Notes under the pieces: model-generated
Told to the model about the DNA's origin: nothing
What the model saw: only the letters and a program-made list of their open reading frames with translations
Databases searched by the model: none
Program-made: the position numbers and the translations under genes
Source of the DNA: Microbotryum violaceum
Taxonomy: Eukaryota
Assembly: GCA_001244265.2 (NCBI GenBank)
Contig: CDLV01000005.1
Location: 1,054,001 to 1,118,000, forward strand
Reading direction: 5' to 3'
DNA: 64,000 nt
Shown: positions 1 to 12,959 of the stretch, one piece after another
How positions within the stretch are numbered: position 1 is the first letter of the stretch
Layout of the letters: each line of letters starts with the position of its first letter

Positions 1-342
1 CGTCGTGGCCGATCCGACGAGTTCGGAAGGCGACTGATCGATCGCGACTGTTGGAATCGCAGTCGTCCCAAGCTCCGAGATGGCCGGTATGAAGCGTTCC
101 TGTGCCTTGAGGGTCGCGGTCGAGAGGGACAGCGACGTGACGGGGGTTGGGGATGCCGGTATAGGTGCAATACGAGGCGATACGGGCGAGGCGTCGTCAT
201 CGTCGTCGGTAGTCAGTGAGCCGGACCCGCTGGTCGAGCTAGAACGCGAAGACACGCCGCTGGGATTCGCGGCGGCCCAGGTCGGTGAGACCGAGACCGG
301 CACCGACACCGGCTGCAATGGCGCATCGAGGAGGATGGCCAT
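1..342 (-). CDS. 5' part of a hypothetical protein running off the window start (MAILLDAPLQPVSVPVSVSPTW...)
   Basis: ATG at 342 opens a frame with no stop to the window edge. It encodes Ser/Pro/Thr-rich low-complexity sequence with no recognisable domain. Confidence 0.5.
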   Translation of the reverse strand, partial: MAILLDAPLQPVSVPVSVSPTWAAANPSGVSSRSSSTSGSGSLTTDDDDDASPVSPRIAPIPASPTPVTSLSLSTATLKAQERFIPAISELGTTAIPTVAIDQSPSELVGSATT

Positions 343-2071
343 CGTGTGGCACAACAAAGCCGGGTGAGTCACGTTCTAGTAGGTAGATGCACGGGGGTGA
401 CACGTCCGGGTGGAGATCACGCTCGGTCCAACAGCTGCACTTGTAACTCGATCTGGAGCACCGCACCCGAGTCGCACCCGCGCCTGTGCAAGCTCTACTT
501 GGCGAACGCGGTGTCGCGCGCGATCAACGTGGCGCACGCAGACGGATCGCAAGTGCACACGAAGGAGAGGTTGTGAGACCCGAAGGCGGTGGGTGTGGCA
601 GAAGTGAGATAGGGTATCGAGCGTCGAGGGACGGCAAGTGGGTACACGTCTCGTTCCCAACAGCGGCGGCGATCTGCCCTCAAAGAGCAGCACGCACGGT
701 CGTCGGCTGTGAACGTCCGGCACGCGTGACGGCAATTTAGCACGGGGTCCTCACCGCTTCGAGAAGATCGATGCAACTGTAGCGCCTACCTAGTGCACCG
801 TCGCGATCGTCAGCCAAAGCAGAACCTGTAGCAAAGGTACCTGCTACCCGAAGTACCGAGGTACCGAGGTACTGGACTCGAGCGCGAGCACAACGCCACA
901 AGGTGGACGAGGTGGGAAGGAAGGAACCCACCGCCGTTCAACGTTCAACGTTCAACAATGCCCAGCGACGGCTCCCAGCGCGATATTATTGAAAAGAGGC
1001 CCCTGCCAGCCGGCCAGCGTGGCCAGCCCCTGCCCAGCCCAGTCGACCTCGAGCTCGTCGGCGTGTCAACAGTTCTTTTCATGGGCGCGGGCGCGGCCTC
1101 GTAGGCGCCCGAAGCTTTCGAGGATTCTGATTGCTCCTTTGCAAATTCAGCGCCCGAAAGGCTACGGGGCTGATTGGTTTTCTTCTGCTTCTGTTTTTGG
1201 CTCCAGCCGGCCATTGGCAAGCTCGAAGAGGAGCGCGTTGCGCTCTGGCGCATTCCAAGTTCTGCGTTAAGCTCCGAGATGCACCGAGTGTCAACTCGAA
1301 TCCACTATGCGCCGATAATCAGGTTTCCGGCGTGGACCTCTGACTCCGTTCAGAGCACATAAGGACCTTTGGCTGCCACCCTTGAACATTCGGACGTGTA
1401 CGTTTCTCACGCCTAATCGAACTTGCGCGTGCGGCGCACGCCGGCGGCAACTGACGTCACTGCACCTTCGTCAAAGCAGGGGCTGTCGGCGTCGGTCCAC
1501 CGTCCCAGCTGGCAGCAGGCCAGCAGCCACGCACGTGCTGGGAGCGACTCGGAAGGTCGCTGAGGGGAGGATGCAGTACCGAAGCAAGTCAAAAGCCATG
1601 ACATAGAGGGTCTTTGTTTCCGGGTATGCCCGCACTCTTGATGTTGAATCACTGGCCCAAGGCCCCAAGCAACCGCCTGGATCAACTCCGGTGGCAACGA
1701 CAACAACAACGCGCATTCAATTCGGACTCCAAACACGGATCTCGATCGCGATCAGCGATCTTGATCATGTGACCCGCTAGCGCGCGCGCACACAGGCCAG
1801 GCGCCAAGGCGCCGCAGTTCAGCACCTCGCCACTGGCCCGTCATCGTCGAGGGTTGATTACTCTTGGGGAGAACAATCATTACAGATGCAAGTGAATAGT
1901 AAGGTTATTGACTATTGAATAGGCACAACAGTGGCCACAGAACCTGCGAGAACCTAGTTGGGTTCAAAGGACGACCTATACTCAAACAAACAAACTTCTG
2001 AGCGCTTTCAGGGTATACAGACGACGACATCCACCCCTCTGGGAACATCACGAGGCCCACCCACGTCAATA

Positions 2072-5000
2072 TCATTGGGTAGGATAAGGATAAGAAGACC
2101 CGACAAACTGGGCATTGACCGGCCAGTTGCCGTATGCAGCGCTTTCGCCCGAAGGAGCCATCGCGCATTCGCACGGAAGAAAGGGGCCCCCCGAGTTTAC
2201 GGTTGCGGTTCGACCCATAGCCGAGGGCACGGGACCGATGGTATCATGAAGAATCCCCCCGCCGCGACAATTCTCGGCCAAATAGGTGTGCGACGCCCTC
2301 TGCGTAGTTTCATGGGGTTCGGGCACTGATTGTGCATAGTAGTGTTGGTGCGAAGCTGATGCCGAGGGCATGTTCGCATGGTGGGCGTCCGGTAATGAGT
2401 ACAAGAAGGAACCGGACTTGGGTGGGACGAGTTGCGAATAGGCTACGTATTCCGTCGGCTGAGATTGCCGACGATGCTGCTGCGGTTGTTGTTGGTGCTG
2501 TAGCGGGTCTTGTTCGGGACCCTGGGGCATGTATGAAGTGTACACCGGCGAAGCGACGGGCGACGACCAGGCGAGGCCATTTGGAGGCTGGGCATGCTCG
2601 AACGGTGCAACAAGGCCAGACGGAAGAGTCCTCGTAGTGTGCAAGTCATTGTACAACAGTGAAGGATCTTGATTCGATGAACCTGAGGCGTGCGAGAACG
2701 ATCCACTGATACTTGACGAGCCAGAATGATAGGGCGGGTAGGTTGTGGCCGGGGCCGGATAAGCGGAGGCCGAGGGCTGGTACTCGGTCGTCGAGGAGGT
2801 CGACGAGGTAGACGTGCGGGGCAAGCTGATGCTGAGGTTGTAGCGCTGCTGAGGGCTTGTAAGGCAGTCCTCGGATTCGTCACCCTCCGTGGGCGACGGG
2901 AGGCTGCTGACGCCGAACCTTTGATCGCTGACGCTGTGGGGTCTCAGGGTGGGAGTTGACACCGAGCATGCGTCACGATGACCTTGCGATGACGAGCCTT
3001 GGGTCGGCAAAGACAGATTTTGCCCGCCATCGATGGTTGGTGTGTAGCTCTTGGCGAACAGGTATTGGGCTGGTTCTGCCGGCTGCGCGGTCGGGTAGGA
3101 AGGGAGGCGCAGCGGTCGATTCAGATTGGTGGGCGAGGTAATCGACGATGTGAGCAGGGACGGAAGCAACGCGCGTCGCTCTTCTCCATACTGCGGCTCG
3201 AATGAGGGCGGCACAAAGCCTTCGAAAGACGGCACTCTATCCGCTGATCCGGTCGCTTTACCGGAACTAGGAGGCGAATGGGAGAAAGAGCCTCGGGCAC
3301 TGGTTGAATTGCGACTTTCCGGCCGGTTCCGCGCCTTGCGAGTGATGAGATGCAGTCGAGATTTGTCCTGCCGAGTGAAGTACCCAGAAGGATGGCTATC
3401 GTAAGGGTCGAGGGAGTGTTCGTCGACCATGAACCATGAAAAGATGATTGATGGGGTGCATGGGCGGTGGAAGTAGGGGGGGGGAAGGGGGGGGGGGGGG
3501 GGAGGGAGTAGGAGGAAAGATACACTGGTCAGTCAATCAGAAAGGAGTGGTAGCGATCGCACGATCTCGTGATCTCGTATGAGACAAGGCCGAGGGGGCA
3601 TCTTGTCGCTAACGCTACGAAGGCGCCGCATGCTACATAGTCATCCCGCAGGCCGAAGCGAGGCCATAGCAAAGTTGATATTGGAGAGGCATCGCAGAAA
3701 CAAGGGGACATTTTGATGGCTTACGAGAACACAACGAAGCCTGCATTTGAGCCTTTCCTCTCCCCCGATCGCCTGCGGTCAGAGAGCCTCCTTCTCAACA
3801 AGGGAGGGAAAAGGGGAAACAAGGGAAAAAAAAGGCAAAGGGGGTACCGAACACCCGAAAAGAAAATAGAAAAACCCCAAAAGTATAGGTCAGTGACATT
3901 CTTCTAGAAGATAGAGTCCGCACAGCCGAGTGGGAACCAGGGTGACGCGGCTCGGTATGGGGATGACGCCCCTAATTACGGCGAGACGCGCCTCTACAAG
4001 GCACCAAGCAATCATCAGAGTGCGACAAGTCGCCGAGGCAAAGATGGCACATATCGACCTCAACGAGGAAAGCTCTGTCCCGAGCAAACAGGACAATGCC
4101 CTCGATAAGGCAGCGGCCAGGCCTGCTCAACTTGAAGCGAAATGTTACGGAGCCCTCGGACTGGGACGCGCCTTGCGGCAGCGGCGGAAGGCACCGAAGC
4201 GAGCCTGCCCCCTGCACGCACCCACGCACCCACGCACCATCTCCGGGCGTGCCGTTGGTCGATGTGACCACTGAAGAGACATGTAGCAAATCGAAGGCTG
4301 AGCCAGAATTGATACTCACGTGAAGTTGTAGTAGCTTAATTGCCGTATGAAGCTGCTGAGCCTGTAGGAACGTGCATGGCGAACCCAAATTCAAGGTGTC
4401 ATTAAAAATTGCGAATTCGGCGCAGAAGAGAGGCGAGATCGAAAATTAAGGTTCGGCGGCGCAGGCACTCGGCGGCAGGTCAGAAGCAGCATCGGAGGTC
4501 GCTTCGGCGCGTCGGAGGTTGTAAAGTGAGATAGGGTGGCAGCACGGAGCGACTGAGTTGGAACCCGAGGCTGAAGCACTGCCCAGCGTGCCGGACGAGT
4601 GTCTCGTCATCGACAAAGCACGGCTGAATTGAAGCGATGGTCGCCACCTGGCCCCTCGAGCACCGAGTTCGCTCTCGGCTTGGCGCGGCGGATCTTCTCC
4701 ACGGAGCAGTCGGCACCGCGGCGGCCGAGCTGGTGCGCCCGAGTGGTGGTCGTCGTCGCTGATGCCGCGGTCGCAGGCGCGTTTCACCGCGATCGCGAGG
4801 TGTAGACGTCCATCTCGAGCGGCGAAAGAAAGAGAGAAAGGTAATTTAGGACTTACGAACGAAAGTCCCACTTGGGTGACAGCGCGACTCGAGCCCGCTC
4901 TTCGTCGCAGGTGATCTCGAATGCGCTGTTGCTAATCCATCGAAGCGAGTCAGCGTCGTGCGGATTGTCGAGCAAGCTGTGGAGCGCAGATCGCCGAGGC

Positions 5001-5104
5001 GCGACAATATCAGAAGACCGAGATGTGAAAAACTCTGAAGAGCAATGCAGATGGACTTACTCCCACAGACGCTCGATGAATTGAGAACGGGATGCCTTGG
5101 TCAT
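2072..5104 (-). CDS. HSF-type DNA-binding domain transcription factor, 5 exons (5104-5061, 4976-4857, 4361-4320, 3790-3725, 3395-2072)
   Basis: Spliced translation MTKASRSQFIERLWDLLDNPHDADSLRWISNSAFEITCDEERARVALSPKWDFRSLSSFIRQLSYYNFTRLSDRRRSGERKGSNAGFVVFSHPSGYFTRQDKSRLHLITRK matches the HSF DBD (SSFxRQLxxYxF, F.HP.F). All four introns are GT-AG and phase-compatible. The tail is a long S/P/Q-rich region. Confidence 0.9.
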
Positions 5105-8100
5105 GGTTGTCGCGGGCGCGGGGTGGTGGTGAGCTCCGAAGCCGGCGCGCGAGAACGGCACGACGTCAACGCAAGCGATTTTGACACCTATGATAATCGG
5201 CGTCGGAGTCGGCGTCGGCTCCGAGAGCGATAATTCTCAGACGTGGTTTTTAAACCTTGACAACTTGCGTTGGACCTGTATTGTGATTGCTCGAGGGTAA
5301 TACGGAGGACACGGCGATACCTCACTTGTCAAAGCTGCGAAAGGGCGCAGGGCGAGTCTCGAGAACCGGATGTCGGGAATAGGAAGTAGCAAGGCAATAA
5401 GGTATGCAATGGCTGAGCACCGGGACCGATGGCTGAAGATGATGAGAAGAGCGTGATTTCGGGGTTGACGGGTCCCGATTCAGCTGGGCCGGTCGGACAG
5501 CGGATGGTGCAAGCCAACGCGAGGGCGCACAGGCAGTCATTTCTTTTCAGGCACGAATCGAAGCCGAAATCTTCCTGCCGTGACTGACTCGGCTGTCGCT
5601 TGTCGGTCGATGGCGACAGGCGGAGGCTGCCCGAGCGCTACCATCGTGTCTGCTGGCCTGCTGAATACGTACTTTCCCTTGGTACCAGAAATGAGGGAAT
5701 GCTGGACTCTGGCTGGTCTCATTCATCTGATTCACCGTTCCGCGCATTTTTTTCTTGTTAATTTGGAACCCCTGGGTCAGCTGCACGTGAAGAAGGTGCC
5801 CGTCTCCCGAGTTTGTTGACCAATACTAGTAGGTTGAGTCGAGGCCACGTCGTTGTGCTGTCCCGTCTTTACACTCTAATCACTGCGCTCGATCCTCCGC
5901 CGACGCTTAATTTCGAGCTCACGGTACCTAATACGATACTCAGCTGGGCTTTGTACCTACATAGCGCTACCTACCTACCTTCTGCACCTACCCATTTAGG
6001 AACCTGTCTACATCTTCTTTAAAAACCTACCTAGGTAGGTAGCAGCACGCAAGAGGAGTAATCGGTTAGCAGATCACTGTTTCGGACTTTCGATCCGAAC
6101 TCTATTTCTCGAGATATACTTCAACGCTGCTGAGAAGATCTGGCCGGCGCTCTTGCGTTCGGACACTTTTGTCGGCACATAGCAAGCTATCTAACGTCGA
6201 GGGCGCGGCACATTTTACGAGCCACAATACCTAGTACTTAAGCATGTATGACACTGCAAATGAATTATTATATGCAACGTCCCTGAATGTGCCTGATTCG
6301 CTGGTCCAGGAACCCGGTCGGAAGAGACCACAACGATGCTCATACCTTTGACGTTTAAGCGGCTTGGACAGCCAGGGCGCCCGGCACACCCCGCCCCCTT
6401 GAAAAATCCACGCCGTCAACACGGGCCGGCAAAGCCTAGACACCCGATCCCATCAACCCCCACAAAAACTGTGCAACTGTGCGGTGCAGCGTCGACTTGG
6501 CGATATTCGGACCACGTAAAATCTGGGGACTGATTTGATGATGATTGTACCTACCGAGGTACCTAGCTAAGTAGACCCTTCTCTAGCGTACCCCCTACTA
6601 GGTTGGGACCTACCCGATCATGATGCCATGACTCAGTACCCGGGAATTGGGGACAAAGAGTTTCGGCCAAGATACCTGGGGAAGATTATGCCAAAGATGC
6701 GGCAGGAAACACAACACAGAACAGCTGGTCGGGGTGAACAAATGGTCCGTCTGCACCTTCGATGGAGTAAAAACCGTGAGGTCTGTGACGAAGGTACTTG
6801 TATCCTGCTTTTTAAGTACACGGTCCCGAGCATCCACGAGCCACTGCTTAATATGAACTCCGTTAGGTGCATGGTGCTCTCGTGACCGTATTTCCAACTT
6901 AAGGAAGAGCATGACTGTATTTGCTGCGAGGTCTGCGGCATGTGGCGGGCTGGGGGGCACAGGGGCTGGCTGCTGGGCCCTCGCGGAAGCCAGATTCAAC
7001 AGAATGCCCAAAACGCGCACGACTACAGTTGCATGCTTGAGCATAGGTAGGCAGCGCAGTATATGCCATCTGCTATTACGTGTTATCACTGTTGATATTG
7101 TGCGAACATGTGTGGGCTTGGCATTCGGCTCGGAGGCTTCTTCTAGGGACTCAATCAGAGTTGACGTGCTCCGGATGAACAATGAAGTAGGTGTTAACGA
7201 TAGACCCATCAACATCGAAGTATCTCGATAGAGTTTCACATGTATGCAAAATAGCTATGCTTCTTTGGAGAACTCTGCAGGGGCCCAGGTCCGTGAAAAG
7301 CGCATCAAAGTTTCTGATTGAGGCTCACCTAACCTGGAAACCTGCTTTTGGCTGCGCGTGCCGCCGCTACAAGAGTTCGTCGGCGGAGTCGACTCGTTTC
7401 GAGTGTTTCCTGCCATTAATTTTTACATGGCCAAGTAAGCCTACAATGGTTAAATACCTAGCTTAGCTGCGTCGCCAGTGACTGCACTCCGCCACCCAAA
7501 TTGGTAAATAGTAGGCACCCGGCTAGATGGGCATAGGTGCCAGACTGCAGTAGATCACTTGGCAATGTCTCATTTGAAAGTCACCATGCTACCCCGCAAT
7601 CCGTTTCAGTTGTTGTTTAAGTGGGCGCTCACGCCGCATCCCGGGGTGCTCCATACACTCTACGGTACCCAAGGTTCGAAGGTAGGTCAACGCATGGCTG
7701 TCCTGTCGCACAGTCCAAATGCCACCACGCCCGAAACCCCGAGCTTTTCCGAACCTCCAAGCTCGTAGCACTTTGCTGTCAGGATGTTCCTACCCACCAA
7801 CCTACTACCTATTGTGTCTAAATCTGTAAGGCCTCAGTACCCACCCAATCAGAGAGAGGTTGGTGCAAAATACATGCAATAATCATGTCCCACTTGGCTG
7901 TGGTCACACCACTTGATAGGCATTCACGAGTGAATGCCGAGTCTCCCCACGAGAGTCCGATGGTGTTGCAACCGTACAATCAGCTTTGCGCAGCCGGCCG
8001 GCATCGGACCGTGTCTCCGCCGTGGACTCGACCGCGCCCACACCTCTCCGACGATTTCGGCGGTCAGACAATAGCTGTAAGCTGCCAAGAGAGTGTGCCT

Positions 8101-8639
8101 ATCTAGGCCCCCGGCTCGTCAAGATCTGCTCCTTCGTCTTCAATTGTTTTGGTTCTGTTGAGATACCGGTAGATTCTAGGCACCGTAAGTTACTAAGGGC
8201 ACGTGACCTGATGTGAACCGGAACGTGGGCTGAATACGCCCCTGTGCTCACCGGCCCGGGCAAGCGATGCAGAGAGCGAGGTGCATTTTCGTCGTATGCA
8301 TCTACACGACATGATCTATGTTTTACCCATTTGCACAGGGGGTTTCAATCCATAGTCACATTTGTCAACGCTGGTCAGTTTTGCCCGCAATTGCTTGTAC
8401 AGGAAACGACAGGAACACTTGTTATTGTCTTGCTAGGCCCGGACGTCGTGTACCGAGTAATGAGGCCATGCATGTACGGCAAGTCGCCTCATCCACCAAT
8501 GGCTGGGCTGCCATCACTGCATGGCTGCCATCGGACTCGTTTCGTTCGACCAGCTCCGGGTGAGCGGACCGTGGAAACGAACAGCCATCAACTATATCAG
8601 TGTGTTTGATGGCCAATCGGATATCTCCTCGCCTCCGAG

Positions 8640-9930
8640 GTGCCACAAAGGCCAATGACTCGACATGAGGGATGTCTAGTGCTAGTCCGAGCTCCCGGTT
8701 GGTCGATACGGAGCGAAGGATGTCTGTCTATGAATGATCAAACACAGCTGGGGGTTGCGGATGTCCAAGAAGAACAGATCAACTCTGCTTCTACCCCTCA
8801 CTGCACTGCAGTCCCGGCCGAGTCGGACTCCGAAGAGACAATCACTGCGCGGACGCTGCAGACGGGAGCGATCACAGTCGATTATGGCCATCAGCTGGGT
8901 GTGGACGCCGACAGATCGACAGATGCTTTGCTGTTTGTGCTTGAAAAAAATAAAAAATAAAAAATGAAACGCTCTCGCACCCGAGCGCAAACAGCAAAAC
9001 ATCTGTCAGCGTGGGTTTGTTAATATGCCGTGCTTCGTAGTAAACGGTTCAGTCTCAAAATTTGAGACATTCATCCTTTTTATAATGTTTGGAAGGTTCT
9101 GACTGTGCGAGGTCTCCTCGAGTGCTGTGACAGCTACATCGCGCACCTGATCAAAGGTTCGATCTTCTTCCTCTACAGCCTTTTGACGCACGCTATCTCG
9201 TGCTTTTTGAACCACAAGGATGGGCTTGAAACTGTCTACCAGTGGCCAAGACCACTGGGTGGATCGAATCCTTCGAGTACTTCGTGTGCATGGCGCACGG
9301 CTCGGCGGCGAATGTGTGGCTCGAGCGACTCGACGAAGAAGGAACCCCCTGGGATCAAGGACATCCAAAACGTTTCCATAGACGTGATGTGAGTATTGCT
9401 GTAGCGCCAGTTGAGACTTCCAGCAGGATCGAACAAATTCGTTTGAGGCTTGACGACTTATTACTACGTGCTGAAAGTCTCGATGCACGCCTTATGGGGT
9501 TTACTACTCGCCCACTTCAGCATATTTAGCCTCCATACCTACTTCTTTCCTTCAAAGACAATTGCCCTTCTCTCCCCTGCCAAGTTCACCATCGACCGAA
9601 GCTCGGGCGTCGCTGTACCTCACTTGTTGTGACGTTCATCCTCTCGACTGAGCGAGTCACGTAAGTTCGCGGCAACGAGGCACGGTTGGGACGACGTCAA
9701 GGCTTGCCCTCCACCAAACGGTTGCTTTTCAGGTCCATTCTCTTTTCCTGGATCCTCGTACTGTTCATGACTCGAAGGATTTGTCTTTGACGCTTGCTGA
9801 AGCGGATGCGCCAGGAGTCGGTCGACGAGTTTGCGCATGAACGTCGTTCGTAAGGCTGTATTGCAGTCCAACGTTTCTACACGGTCCTCATAAGTATCTC
9901 TTGATCTCACGCTCATAATCATGCATCTCG
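8640..9930. pseudogene. Possible decayed gene or transposon relic (fragmentary ORFs)
   Basis: Lower-GC region with short protein-like minus-strand frames (9006-9488, 9236-9436, 9620-9922) broken by stops or frameshifts. No domain recognised. Confidence 0.25.
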
Positions 9931-10110
9931 CAATCGGATCGCACTATAGATAGTCGAATCCCAGCTACCTCAGTAGTTATGTTGCTGCAACTAAGATCAA
10001 GTGTGTCAAGTTTGCTATCGCCGGAAAATAATGTGCAGAGAAGCAGCCTCTCTTGGGGGATATGAATCATGTCGTAGCCGAAGTAAAAAGCGCTATCGCA
10101 AGTGCCAATT

Positions 10111-11811
10111 TCAACCCACCACTCCCACTGCCGGCGGTGCATAAGTCGCCGGAACGAGTGAGTTATAATGCTAAAGGAGAGCGAGGATCAAAGCTTAGCT
10201 CCAGAGCTCGACAGGCAAATACGACCACGCGCTTGACTCACCTCGCCAAGACCATACATCTTTCGATGATATCTATCCGGTTCAAGAGGGAGGTCGAATC
10301 CTTAGTGTGTTCACAATGTTAAAGAATCTCCGAGACCGTGCACTAACGAAATTCGTATCGGTCCGGCAGGACCCAAAGGAAGATCGTCCTCCCCTACTTT
10401 GAGAAGGTCCGTTCCGGCTTGGAGGACGTGGATTTGGATGTTGTAGTGTTTTGCCAAGGCCCGGATCTGAGGGAGCGGGTTGGCCGTGTAAGGTCAGATC
10501 GAAGGTTAAGCGTTCATGAGGGCCACGGTGAACTCACCTCGGGTTCTCCTCCCCACTCGGCAGTGTTCTCCACTGTTGCGCAGTAGTTCTCGTACTCCTC
10601 TGTAATCGTATCAATGAAAGAGACCGGTATAAGCCTTTCATATATCTCCGAGCACGCTTGAAAGAGGAGGCATGAACTGACCAGGTGTCATCAGAGCTTC
10701 GGCCTGATCGGAACTTTCGAGGAATGGCAAGAAGTCATCGGGGTGGCCGCGCATATAGGCGGCTGCGTGCTTGCGTGTTGTCAAATACGTCTCCTTGGTC
10801 GTCTGTTGTATCGTCAGGGCTAGGTCAGCGGTGAAATGCCTCTGGCGTGTGCAGAAGAAGATCCTTACGGATAGCCGTAGGTGGTTTGCTTGATCGGCGA
10901 TGGCGCTGTACAAGCTGTTATATGGGCGTAAAGTCAATGACCAAATAATCATAGTACCCCAGGACGAATCAAACGCACCAATGCCCATCCGGATCGATCT
11001 CTTTGATCCTGACGCCCAAGCGCGTACATCCCTCGTGCATCGCCTGCCTCTCCTCCTCGATCGAGTTGTCATTGGCGTGCAAGACCTCCTGCTGCGCATG
11101 GTGCTTGATCTGTTCGAGCTCCTTCTCCTTCCGCATTTTCCGCATCTTTTGCCTCGACATCCCTTGCGATGCAAACAAGCCGCCTCGACCCGAATCCTTG
11201 TCCTTGTCCTTATCTTTATCTTTGCCTTTGTCTATGGAGGTCGCGTCCAAGGTAGGGTGCGAATGCACGATGTGGGCGAACGAGTTGGGGAGAAGGAGAT
11301 GACGCATGTCGTCGCTTAGGTTGTGGAGCTTCTCTCGTTTCGAAGTCGAGGCGGAAGAGACGCTCGTTCGTGAGCTACTGGTCGTCGTCGTCGAAGGAGT
11401 GCTTGTGGAAGGTGGCGCGGCTGAGGAAGGGGACGAGGTTGCCTCTGGAGAGGCAGCGTTCCTGGTCGCTTCCAGCTGGGACAACAACTGATCTGCTAGG
11501 CCCGATGCCTCGTCATCTTCATCGCCATCCGCCCCGACAGCCCCTCCTCGAGGAGATTTAGTCGACCCCGTTCCCGTTCCAGTCGGCGTCACCGCGCTAG
11601 ACGAAGTCGACGTCGAAGCTCCAACCACCGTCTGCTCCGGATTAATCTTGGTATTATCCTTCTTCTTGGTCTCCTTCTTCTTCTTGGACGGAGTGGCCTT
11701 CTTTAGCTTGCCGCGGGAAAGCAGGGGGTTCAGACTTGAGGTGAGCGATTCGGATCGGGTCGGAGCCTGGCTTGAGGATGGGCCTTGCGAAGAGTCGACG
11801 ACGGTCGCCAT
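10111..11811 (-). CDS. OTU2: OTU-domain deubiquitinase (Otu2/OTUD6B-like), multi-exon
   Basis: Spliced motifs: IDPDGHC/LYSAIADQ, AAAYMRGHPDDFLPFL, TAEWGGEPE/IRALA, YHRKMYGLGE/HYNSL. ATG at 11811; TGA at 10113-10111. Confidence 0.9.
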
Positions 11812-11976
11812 GTGGAGGGAGACTCGGGTGGGCTGAGGAGGATCAGTGGAGGTACCAAATAGATTCAAGCGGAGGCGAGCGGGGAAGATAACAGGCGGTC
11901 GCGAGCTGGGAGGAGCTGGGTGGGACAGAGTCGGGCTCGGGAGGCGCAACTTGTCCACGTCTGTTCACGCACGGTC

Positions 11977-11996
11977 ACGCGTCACGCGTTACGCGT
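11977..11996. promoter_or_regulatory. Three tandem ACGCGT (MluI/MCB-like) boxes
   Basis: ACGCGT at 11977, 11984 and 11991, about 170 bp upstream of the OTU ATG. Confidence 0.45.
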
Positions 11997-12030
11997 CACG
12001 TCCGACACGACGAAAGATTCGCCGGGAATC

Positions 12031-12597
12031 CAAGGATCCGCATTAGATCAGATCAGATCAGGATTTTTCTGATTCTGCCTTGATTGATCTGATCTTCTGA
12101 TCTGAGCAGATCAATTTGATCTGAGACATGAAATTGCCTAATTTGGCACAGAGAAATTTCTACATGTCTCCATGTCTACATGTTGAAATCCCTATCTTCT
12201 TCCTCTTCAACCTCATCCGAGTCCTCATCCTCATCATCCTCCAAAGTGATCACCTTGCTAAGCCGCCGCTTTTTGGAGGAGCTCCCCGCTTCTATGACTG
12301 GATTGGGTCGCATGATCCCTATGAGAACGTGTTTGCAATGAGTCACCACCTGATACTGCAACGAAGGCCCATCAGAGGAGGGCCACACCCTGTAGTATTT
12401 CTGTGGCGCAGGGCCGACACTCAATGCGGCGGCGATGCTACTAGATGGCAGATGGCGCGCTCCTTTCTCTGATCAGGTGCGCCGCATGCGCAGTTGGCAT
12501 TTCAAATCACAATGGCAGCATCCAGGTACCGCCTACTTTTGGATTTTTTTTTTCTCGAGGCTTGATTAATCTGAACTTGATCTGACGCGGACCCTTG
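12031..12597. mobile_element. Non-autonomous hAT-like DNA transposon (567 bp)
   Basis: Imperfect TIRs: left CAAGGATCCGCATTAGATCA, right (reverse complement) CAAGGGTCCGCGTCAGATCA. Perfect 8-bp direct flanks CGGGAATC at 12023-12030 and 12598-12605. Subterminal GATCA/TCTGA repeats and an internal acidic ORF remnant (12176-12424, - strand). Confidence 0.85.
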
Positions 12598-12959
12598 CGG
12601 GAATCCCGTCTCAATAATACCTCACCGCAAAGGTCTGTCTCCATTCCTCACCTCGACTTCAATTGTGACGATTACACACGGTCATAAACTGCTCGAGCAA
12701 GACCTCAGTACCGCTCCGAAAGCCTTTTTTCGGTCAGTATCAAGATGAACAACATCTACATCACGCCCTCGCCATCTTTCCGCACTGTATCATAATGGCA
12801 GCTCTTCTTCCCTAACATCGCCGAGAATTAGAAAGTTGGTCTGCGTGCTGGCGCTAGTACCGCGGTGGGTATTTTTCGAACTTGGGACCTTCTTTGCATA
12901 CCATCATGTCCACTTTCTTACACAAATTGGTCCTCAAATTGGCGACGAAAGCGTGCAGA

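Noticed and set aside
2072-3430. ATG 3430 as the start of a standalone 452-aa gene
   Set aside because: This ATG lies inside intron 4 of the HSF gene. The ORF is the last exon, entered at 3395.
9991-10004. CTAAGATCAAGTGT, identical to a U2 snRNA segment
   Set aside because: Only 14 nt. It lacks the GTAGTA branch-pairing sequence, the Sm site and the flanking stems.
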